From NCBI GenBank assembly GCA_951406725.2, contig OX597817.1, forward strand, positions 175,336,001-175,400,000: DNA of 64,000 bases, in the 5' to 3' direction. The notes under the pieces were generated by a model. That model was not told where the DNA came from and searched no databases. It worked only from the letters and a program-made list of their open reading frames with translations. Shown here piece by piece: positions 53,366 through 64,000 of the stretch. Position 1 is the stretch's first letter. Every line of letters starts with the position of its first letter. The position numbers and the translations under genes are program-made. The DNA comes from Octopus vulgaris. Lineage: Eukaryota.

Positions 53366-56300
53366 CAAAGCAAAAATGATGTAAAGCCGCTCACGCAATA
53401 AACAAATTAAGTATTACAGCAAATCAAAAGCACAAAATGATGGATGAAGACTTTAGGGAGCCTCATGGAAACACTGAGCAAAATACACAACAAATGTACA
53501 TCGTCGATCCCATATAATAACACACAGACTAAAAGCCCACCACGTAAAAGACCAATCAGAGTTAACATTAAGAAGTATCTAAGTGAAAAAATAACGAAAA
53601 CAAAAATGAACACTAGAAAATCAATGAAAAGGGTTCAGTGTAAACACCTTCCAAAACTACATTAAATAAATGCATAACATTACAAAGAAATAAATCTGCG
53701 AAGAATAAACAAACATAGTGGACCCTATGGAGATCGAAACGTTTCTTGAAATGTTCAAATCGTTCATGAAAAGCAGCAAACGCTTGGATATGTTTCACAG
53801 TTTCTTCTTTCTTATCCTTAAATAAACTTAACTTTTGCTGACTGGTGCGGTGACATATCATCCACCCAGAAACTTAAACGTTTTCTCAATATTTTCTACG
53901 TTTTTTTACAGTGTCTAGTTAAAGGCTTTAATTTTTCAGGATAATTTTATTTTGCCAGATTGTTTCATTGTAATTTTCCCGTGATTTCTCAAAATTTTTC
54001 TTTACTCCTTTTCTTCTCCTGCACATTTTATAGTTAATAGTTTGTTAAGCTCTCGTCACGTAAACTTTAGATTAACATTGCACTATGGAATCAAAAGGGT
54101 TTTAAAATTACTTTTTTTTAAAAATTGCATGTGGTAAAATGTTGTTCGAGGAAATTAGGTGTGACTGAACGCTTTCTTTTGTACATGCTGAGAAAGCAAC
54201 GAGGTAGATCCTTATAAGGGTTTTGTATATAAGCAGGAAATTCCAAGGGTGGCTATGCAACGACAATGGCGTTTCGTTTTGAGATTTTATCTGTTAAAAC
54301 GCTGCTAATTTAAGCGTCACGGTAACGAAGTTTTGTTCACAGATGTAGCATAAAATGAGAAATTAGTGTATAAAGAAAAAATAAATTACAAATAGGAAAC
54401 TAAATTTATTCTTATTAAAGATTTAGAAAAAATTATAAAAATAATGACAAACAAAAAAGTGAAAATATATTGATAACAAAAAGGAAGAGAAACTTCACTC
54501 TTTGGCTGATTTTCTACAAGACTCGACAGAGAAGTCAGAGTGGAAGTCAACAATGGTTAATAATGGTTCAAAAGCACTTGGCAAAAAGGAGAAGGTTTGA
54601 TTTTAGCTGCACTGGACTAACCCTCTGCTACAATTATCTACAGAATATAATAAAGTTATTAGAGTCATGGCATTTCGTCCGTCTGTACGCTCTGAGATCG
54701 ACTTTAAGTTTCATCCTTTTGGGGCTGATAAAATAAGTACCAGAAGAGCATTGGGGTCGATATGATTGACATACCTCCTCCTCGAAATTGCTGGCCTCGT
54801 GTGGAGACAATACAACTAATGAGACGGTTAGTCACATTATCTTCGATTGCCCAATCCTTGTTTAATCCAAATGTAGACACAGGCATGAATGAAATAGCAA
54901 CTGCCTTCTGAGAAATATGAAAGTACTTCGACATGTAAATGGGCGTGGTATAGACATGCACCAAACAAGGTATATGACAACAATTACTTGCGTATTCAAA
55001 TTGATAAGGTGGTCGTCGAGACAAAGTCCAGCTATAATAATCAAAGACTGGAAGGAAATTACAAGAATGTTGATGTGTATTACGTTCCCTTGAGATGGAA
55101 AGAAAGGTGAGAAATTGTCAAACTACAAAAATCTCATAACTGAAATAAATAGGATGTGGAATATAAAGGTAATTAGTACCAGTAATAATTGGAGTATTAG
55201 GTTTGATAAATATGAGCGAACACATAATCCATACCAAGAGATAACATCTCAGATAATCCCCACCAATGCGCAAATATAGAGCTAATGAGTACAACTTACA
55301 TCTTTCTTTAAGTTCAGTAACACAACTTCTACACAAGACACAATAACCACCCAATAAAATTACACTACAAACACTCCTTCAAAGACGATACTCGACACTA
55401 CTATCTACCGATAGATGTTATCAACAACTCACAACTTGCATTCTACACACCTGCAACAAACCACACACTACATAGTTGGCAAAATCACTGCCTGTCACTG
55501 AAACACATAACCCCAATTACACGCGATATACAAAACATTCACCATCCAACAAAATATCGCAACTCACACTGTGTATATTTTACAGAACAAACGAAATATC
55601 GATTTCAAATTTTGGCAAAAAGCCAGCAAATTTGGTGGGAGGGGCTAAGTCGATTACGTCAACCCCAGTGTTCAACTGGTACTTATTTCATCGCCTCCAA
55701 AGGATGAAAGGCAAAGTTAATTTCGGCAGAATTTTAACCCAGAACGTAAAAACAGACGAAATGTCGGTAAAAATTTTGCCCGGCGTGCTAACGATTCTAC
55801 CAGCTCACTGCTTTCGAACAAACGAAATATTCTTTTCTACTCAAGGCACAAGGCCCAAAATTTTGGAGATGGGGGGGCAGTCGATTAGATCGACCTCAGT
55901 ACGCAACTGGTACTTAATTTATCGACCCCGAAAGGATGAAAGGTAAAGTCGACCTCGGCAGAGTTTGAACTCAGACGAAATACCACTAAGCATTTCGCCC
56001 GGCGTGCTAACGTTTCTGCCAGATCACTGCCTTGAACAAACGAAATATTGTACAAGGAACAAAGCCAAGAATTTATGAAAAAGGAACAGTCAATTACACC
56101 AACCCCGCTACTTGACGAGTACTCGTCAGTCTCGGAATACTCACCCACCTTTCGATAAACAAACTGGAAAGCAGCATATCCCTCTCTGCTGTCAATCTCC
56201 TATTCAAATAGTCTTTAAAGAAATCCATACAAATTTGGCCGGAGAGCAAAATACCTGTCTTCAAATCTTTTAACCTTGTTCCCACACGTCCCCACGCCGT

Positions 56301-56584
56301 AGGCATTAGGCAAAAGAAGACTAGCCACCTTTCTCAGCAAAAGTAAGGTAGTCGATAAATTTTCACTGCAGGTTCTGTTGGTCGATAGATCCATTCTACA
56401 ACAGTTATTCACAATAAGCCTCCGTGTCAACAATGCAGGGACAGTGACCGAGAGTGTGCAGGTCGGTTTCGTCAAATTATGTACATCTGGGGCAATTTTT
56501 GGTTGTCAGTACTTCCTTGTTTGTAGAGCCTGTCTCGAACAAACAATTTTCTCTTTTTATATCACTGCCACGTCAAGCACTTTA

Positions 56585-56887
56585 TTTGTTCCTTCTCGAG
56601 CCACGCCTGGCTCATAAAGGCCGGTTTCCTGGTTTCCTTGGCGTATACGTTCCCCACCTGGACTGGACGCCGGTCCGTCGCAGGTGAGCTGCAAGATGCA
56701 GGAGGAAAGAGTGAGAGAAAGTTGTGGCGAAAGAGTCAGTAGAAGTTCGCCATTACCTGCTGCCGGAGTTGCGTGGGGCTTAGGTGTTTCGCTCATAAAC
56801 ACACACATCGCCCGGACTGAGATTCGAACCCGCGATCCCTCGACCGCGAGTCCGCTGCTCTAACCACTAGGCCATGTGCCTCCACAC
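56585..56887 (-). mobile_element. tRNA-derived SINE family C with 12-bp TSD; related copies ~1550-1750(+), 7475-7755(-), 21905-22248(-), 24400-24735(+)
   Basis: GGAGGCACATGGCCTAGTGGTTAGAGC A-box and GGGTTCGAATCTC B-box; TCAAGCACTTTA at 56573-56584 and 56888-56899. Confidence 0.88.
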
Positions 56888-56987
56888 TCAAGCACTTTAG
56901 GATATTAAAAAAAAAATCCTTGACATTAAAACATCATCAAGAAAAGATTATTAAATGTTGTTCATTCTGTCCCCGTCGACTCTCAGA

Positions 56988-57052
56988 ATGTATATATGTA
57001 TGTTTGTATGTATGTATGTATGTATGTATGTATGTATGTATGTATGTATGTA

Positions 57053-57083
<31 letters not shown>

Positions 57084-57086
57084 ATG

Positions 57087-57120
<34 letters not shown>

Positions 57121-57126
57121 TGTATG

Positions 57127-57157
<31 letters not shown>

Positions 57158-57240
57158 ATATGTATGTATGTATGTATAAATGTATGTATGTATGTATGTA
57201 TGTATGTATGTATGTATGTATGTGTGTATGTATGTATGTA

Positions 57241-57271
<31 letters not shown>

Positions 57272-57316
57272 TTGTATGTATGTATGTATGTATGTATGTA
57301 TGTATATATGTATGTA

Positions 57317-57355
<39 letters not shown>

Positions 57356-57520
57356 ATGTATGTGTGTGTGTGTGTGTATATATGTATGCATGTATGTATG
57401 CATGTATGTATGTATGTATGTGTGTGTGTATGTATGTACGTATGTATGCATGTATGTATGTATAAATGTATGTATGTATGTATGTATGTGTGTATGTATG
57501 TATGTGTGTGTGTGTGTGTA

Positions 57521-57611
<91 letters not shown>

Positions 57612-58016
57612 ATGTATGTATGTATGTGTGTATGTATGTATGTATGTATGTATGTATGTATGTATGTATGTATGTATGTATGTATGTATGTATGTATGTA
57701 TGTGTATGTATGTATGTATGTATGTATGTATGTATGTATGTATGTATGTATGTATGTATGTATGTATGTATGTATGTATGTATGTATGTATGTGTGTATG
57801 TATGTATGTATGTATGTATGTACGTATGTATGTATGTATGTATGTATAAATGTATGTATGTATGTATGTATGTATGTATGTATGTATGTATGTATGTGTG
57901 TATGTATGTATGTATGTATGTACGTACGTATGTATGTATGTATGTATGTATGTGTGTATGTATGTATGTATGTATGTATGTATGTATGTATGTATGTGTG
58001 TGTGTGTGTGTGTATG
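56988..58016. repeat. ~1-kb compound (TATG)n/(TG)n microsatellite
   Basis: Directly visible; produces the spurious MYVC/HTYI ORFs. Confidence 0.97.
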
Positions 58017-59863
58017 AAACACGCATTAAAATTTATCGAGAGATGTATTTCAGCAAGTCATGCAAGTATTTTGTAGTCACTATACAAAATGGCAAATGTT
58101 TTATTCCGAAGAATGCCAAGGGAGATGCACTGACATATCCATTCCACCACATGGGCTCGTTCCTGTGGATGGCTACCTCTATTGCGATCAGAGTGAGTAC
58201 GAAAGGGAATCGGGCTCCCAGGATGTCTGGCGTTTCCATCACTAAATGTTCGCAATGGAACCTGACGAAGAGCAACAGGTGCTTGGTCAGCTTGCGATGT
58301 TCAGCTTTTTGAGTAACAAAACCTGGGTCCGTCTCCGATTTCTGCAGATTGTTGCTGGAGAAAGAATCAATGCAGATCGCGTCCCAAATTAAAGATTTGG
58401 AGCCTCAGAATGGCTCATTACAATTTAGCACCAGAATTAGACTCAGCTCTTCGCCATCAATAGGTAGTCATGGTTACAATTTAGCGCCAACAGTTGAATG
58501 GTTGAAGCGCTTGAAAAGATTGAGAAGTGAACTCTACTTCTCCGGTCAAGCTCTCTTCAACTACTTCAGTTCCTCTTCAAACGGGAAGTGCTACCCTGTA
58601 ACAAATGTGATAAAATGTGAGTGCAGTTTACGAAACTGGGACGTATGAAAGGAACGATTCCTAAACTGTGTCTAGTGTTTGTAGCCAAAAGAGAGTAACT
58701 CCCCAGAGTGCTAAACGGGTGGTATCTTGGATCATTCATAGGTGTAAGTTTCTATTCTTGTATGTACATTTGTTTGTTTTATATTGTCATATAGCTTTCA
58801 TGTTTTTTTTTGCGTTAATGTATATGTATAAGTCAACATATTGGTTTGCAATAATTTCTTGTAAAATGTTTTGTATGCATGTGTGAGTGACTTTTGGACA
58901 CTATAGAAAGAATCTGGCGGAATTGCTAGAACATCCAAGAAAATGCTTTGCGATATGTTCTGGTTTCTTACGTTCTTGATTCAAATCACGTCGACTTTGG
59001 TTTCATATAACCAGGATCGATAAAATAAAGTATTGGTCAATTATTTGTATCGATATAATCGATTTCCCCCTTATCCTCCTTATCTCTGACCTTGTTTTCG
59101 TAACTGTAATTATTATTATAGATTGAAATAAGGCGGTGAGCTTAATGGCATTTCGTCAGTCCTTACGTTCTGAGTTTAAAATCCGCCGAGATTGACCTTA
59201 CCTTTTATCCTTTCGGAGTCGATTAAATAAGTACCAGTTGAATACTGGGATCGATGCAATCGATTTAGCCCCTCCCCCGCAATTGTTGGTCTTGTACCAA
59301 AACTTGAAATCAGTATTATATATTGCAAAAGAGCGATCAATAGATAGAATCGCGACGGCATTGAATAAAATGCTTTGCAATATTTGTCTCGGCTCTTTAT
59401 GTTTTGAGTTCAAATTCGCCGAGGTCAGTTTAGCCTTTCATCTATTCGGTATCGATTAAATAAAGTTAACTGTCAAGTACTCGGCTAATTCTGATCCTTA
59501 AAATATTTGGCTTTGTGCCTGTGTATGAAATTATTATTTATAGATTGGAAATTTTCTTAATCATGCCACAACAGTAATTACTGCAGATATTTAATGCAAT
59601 TAAGATACTCTACAAGTTTCATAATAATTTAGAAAATTGATACTGCAATCCTGCCAGTAAAGTAGTTACAGATTTATGAAATATAGTAAACGCCCGTATA
59701 TAGTTACAGTTGATTGAGTAAAATGCAGTGGTGCCTCCCTACTCAGAATTACTTTAAAGTTTAGGTGCAAATTCTAGAAGCTAAGAAATTTCATGATCTG
59801 CAACAGTATCAGATCACTCGTCTGTGTTAAATACTACTACTACTAATAATGATGATGATGATG

Positions 59864-59962
<99 letters not shown>

Positions 59963-59964
59963 TT

Positions 59965-61005
59965 CCTTCTTCTATAGGCACAAAACCTGAAATTGGGGCG
60001 GAAGAGGCTAGAGGGTTACATCGATCTCACTACTTGACTATTATTTTATTGACGCCGAAAAGATGAAAGGCAAAGTCGACCTCGGTGAAATTTGAATTCA
60101 GAACGTAAAACCTGAAGAAATGTCGCTAAGCATTTTGTCCGGTGTGCTTAACGATCCTACCAGTTCGCTGCCTTAACAGTAAGAATAATGGTTTCAAATT
60201 TTAGCAAAGGCCAGCAATTTCAGAGGAGCGGGTAAGTTGATTACATCGACCACCAGTGCTCAACTGGTACTTGTTTTATCGATCCCGAAAAGGTTAATGG
60301 CAAAGTCGTCTACGGCGGAATGTGAACTCAGAACGTAAAGGCTCTGCCAGTTCGCAGTCTTAATAATAATATTTCTGTCTACTATAGGCACAAGGCCTGA
60401 AATTTGGTGGGGAGCGGTTAGACGGTGACATCGACCCCAGTACTTGATTGGTACTTATTTTATTGACTCTGGAAGGATGAAAGGCAAAGTCGACCACGGC
60501 GGAATTTGAACTCAGTATGTAAAGACAGGCGAAGTGCTACTAAGCAGTTTGTCCGGCGCGCTAACAATGCTGCCAGCTCACCGCCTTATTAACGATATTT
60601 CTTTCTACTATAGGCACAAAGCCAGAAATTTAGGGGCAGCTAGAATAGTCGATTACATCTACCCAAGTGTTCAACTGGTACTTTATTTTATCGACCATGA
60701 GAAGATGAATGGCAATGTCGACCTCACCAGGATTTCAGCTCAGAATGTAAAGACGGAGGAAAATGCCGCTAAGCAGTTTGACGTGCTAACGATTCTGATA
60801 GGTCATTGCCTTAATTAATAATCCTTTTTATTATAAGCAGAAGGTCGGAAATTTAGTGGAAAGAGGCCAGTCGATTACATGGTACTTATTTTATTGGCCC
60901 AGGAAGGATGAAAGGCAAAGACGACCTCGGATGAATTTAAATTCGGACTGTAAAAAAAGGAGGAAAACCGATCGGCGAGATAACGATTCTGCAGGCTCGC
61001 CACTT
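59965..61005 (-). mobile_element. Head-to-tail cluster of about five diverged family B SINEs
   Basis: GATGAAAGGCAAAGTCGACC-like blocks at about 60062, 60295, 60476, 60703 and 60907, separated by short TAA runs. Confidence 0.8.
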
Positions 61006-61016
61006 TAACATTTTTA

Positions 61017-61582
61017 TTGGGTTGTCTGGAAAGTTCGTGCTGATTTATAGTAGCTTACCTTTCGACTTATTTTAGAACATGGTTGAGTCCATAAAATAGG
61101 ATTTGACTACATATCTATTCAGAGCACAGTTTAAACTATCTTTTCATGGAAGAAAGTTTATGTTCCTATAAACTGTGTTAATTCTGTAACCCTTTAAAAT
61201 GGAAGATAAGAAAGTTAATTTCCAGCACTTGATGCTTTGGGAACCAGACAAAAATTGCTGCAGCTCGGCTGGGATGTATTACCCCACCCTCCATATTCAC
61301 CAGATATTGCTCCTTCGGATTTCCACTTATTCAGGTTTCTGCAGAATAGTCTTAATAGTAAAAATTTCAATTCCTTGGATGACGTAAAAAGATACCTTGA
61401 TGAATGCTTTGTCATGAAACCACCTCAGTTCTGGGAAGAGGGTATTTTCAAGTTAAAGGAAAGATGGAGACACATTGTGCAACAAAATGGTTCATATTTG
61501 GTTGATTAAAAATGTAATGGCAAGTATTTATTGACCTTTTTCTTTCCTTTAAAAGTCAGCACGAACTTTCCGGACAATCCAA
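61017..61582 (+). mobile_element. Internally deleted mariner (566 bp) with both TIRs and TA TSD
   Basis: TA-TTGGGTTGTCTGGAAAGTTCGTGCTGA ... TCAGCACGAACTTTCCGGACAATCCAA-TA; N-terminal MEDKKVNFQHLMLWE joined out of frame to C-terminal HPPYSPDIAPSDFHLF. Confidence 0.92.
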
Positions 61583-62520
61583 TACTTTGTCGAAATAGCC
61601 GATTGATCAATCATATTTATATCTACGAGAGGCGGTTCTCAAATGATACAGCAAGGTACAATGGCATGCCACAAGATGTAGATTAGTGGTATACAGAAAT
61701 AACTGATTCTATGTTTTTCTTTTAATTTATGTAATTGTTTCTTGTGTGAAAAGAAGAAAGAGAAAAGTAGAATCAGAAATTCTAAATATAATGTCTTGAT
61801 AATTACGATCAATGATTTATGAACCTTAAATTAGTTTTTACTAACAGAAACACTGTCCGTTTTTCCACTAGTTTATTTAACACACGCACACACGCACGTG
61901 TTCGCACACACACACATAATGGCACGTACACACATACTTACACATGTATATATAGAGAATTACAATAACTCTATATATACATACATACACGCACATACAT
62001 TTGAGTATGCATGTGTGTGTGTATACATGTATATTATATGATAATAATAATAAATAAATGTATATATATATGCGTGTGTGTGTGTGTGTGCGTGCGTGCG
62101 TGTGCATATATGGGTTTAGGACGTCAACTGTGCAAACAACATGAAATACGTAGACAAATGAGTTAAATATGTAAACGAGAGAAAAAATGAAAAATTGGAC
62201 AAATAAACACAGAGAAACGACCCTTCATCAGTTGTCGGCTGTCTATCTACTCGTTTCGAGCATTCTATGACAATGTGACTTTCCAAAAGCAGTTGCTCCC
62301 ATAAATTCTAAAATGAAATTTAGGATTTATGGAGGGTCAAAGTTGAGAACAGAAATAGAACATTGGAGACATACGAGGAAACTGAGCGAAAAGAAACATG
62401 GAGGGTCGTTAGACCAGAAAGAGAAGAAAAATAGTGAACGCTGGGAGAAATATTTTCTTTAAAAAGAGAAAACTGCTTTGAGCGTCCGTGCAGGTAAAGA
62501 ACGATGGTCACATGAGGAAA

Positions 62521-62618
<98 letters not shown>

Positions 62619-63215
62619 TAGAAATGGTAAAACAACAAAAGAATGAAAGTGACCTCGATATTATGTAAATAAAGGAATTTATCTGTAAATATAATTTGTG
62701 ACAATTATTCGGTAGCCATTAATTGTCACATATTATATTTACACACACATACATATATATATATACAATTTAAAAATAGGATAAAATCATTATAAGAAAT
62801 TATCAAGCAGTTAGCGTGAAAATCCTCATAAGGAAAAATTTATTAATTTTTCCCTTTAAATATATTTATTGATATTAAGGACATTACTATACATAAATGC
62901 CTCACGCTAGGAGGGACTCTTAAAGCAAAAACTACCATAATAAACACATTGTACCGAACGCGAGGGAATGCAACTCTCGAAGCGAGCTTTTTAAAAACAG
63001 ATTCAGCTGCAGATCATATGATTTTATAATTAGTACACAAAATGCACTTTTTAATCGTCAGTGCATGCATAATCAAGAGACATAAAAATGAACAGAAAAT
63101 CAACATACTAGACGAACACCAAATGTATCCAGCATAGTACATAGAATTGTTCACACTTATATATCTATGTACACGTGTTTATTCAGAATAAAATTCAGCA
63201 CTGAATATGTTCCGG

Positions 63216-63252
<37 letters not shown>

Positions 63253-63460
63253 TATATATATATATATATATATTCTTTTGTTCTTTCAGTCATTTAACTG
63301 CGGCCATGCTGGAGCACCATCTTTAGTCGAGCAAATCGACCCCTGGACTTTTTCTTTGTAAGCCTAGTACTTATTCTATCGGCCTCTTGTCGAAGCGCTA
63401 AGTTAGGGGACGTAAACACCAGCATGGGTTGTCAAGTGATGTTGGGCGGGACAAACACAT

Positions 63461-63501
<41 letters not shown>

Positions 63502-63849
63502 ACGGGCTTCTTTCAGTTTCCATCTACCAAATCCACTCAAAAGGCTATTGTCGGCTCGAGGCTATAGTAGAAGACACTTGTCCAAGGTGCCACGCAATGG
63601 GACTGAACCCGGAACCATGTAGTTGGGAAGCAATTTACTTACCACACAGCCACTCCTGCGCCTATATATATATATATATATAGATAGATAGATAGACAAA
63701 CAGACATGTGTGTCTGAGCATGTGTTCTATATATATATATATATTATTTCGTGTGTGCGTGTGTGTGTTCTACTTAAGACGACAGGACATGCTTTGGGGG
63801 ACTTTTGGTTACTGTTTCTAGCAGATTGAGCAACTACACACAAGCTCTT

Positions 63850-63888
<39 letters not shown>

Positions 63889-64000
63889 ATCGTAGTCTGT
63901 GTTTCGTATTTTACAATTGTGGTTGAACAGGCGGGAAAAAATATGAATAAGTAGATTATTTCCGCGAGAGTGTTAATTTCCTAATGACTCATTCATTACC

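Noticed and set aside
56920-58312. Long ORFs of 166-438 aa (MYVC/HTYI repeats), and similar YI, CV, poly-I/L/Y/N ORFs throughout the window
   Set aside because: Translations of stop-free microsatellites with no protein signal.

Overview
AT-rich, microsatellite-dense eukaryotic DNA with no convincing host exon. The SINE families and (TA)n/(CA)n/(TATG)n/(TAA)n load suggest an octopod cephalopod genome (inference). Almost all long ORFs in the track are microsatellite read-throughs. The real content is transposable elements: many tRNA-derived SINEs, R4/Dong-type LINE pieces sitting in (TAA)n arrays, CR1-like and L1/Tx1-like LINE remnants, Penelope-like element (PLE) pieces with inverted pseudo-LTRs and minimal hammerhead ribozymes, and mariner, Tigger/pogo, hAT and Helitron/Helentron-like remnants. 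The standout is one intact, very young, compact (4261 bp) LTR retrotransposon at 49105-53365 with 277-bp LTRs differing at one base, a CAAAG TSD, and gag plus pol in the -1 frame. It has four notable features. (1) Its primer-binding site is not TGG-type but is exactly complementary to nt 1-12 (the 5' end) of animal tRNA-Phe(GAA). (2) The two ends of the LTR can form a ~55-bp, G-U-rich plus-strand duplex. (3) It has a G GGA AAC slippery site with an H-type pseudoknot. (4) Its RT/RNase H motifs look BEL/Pao-like within an otherwise gypsy-like, minimal element. Boundaries of degenerate elements are approximate, and no database searches were run.
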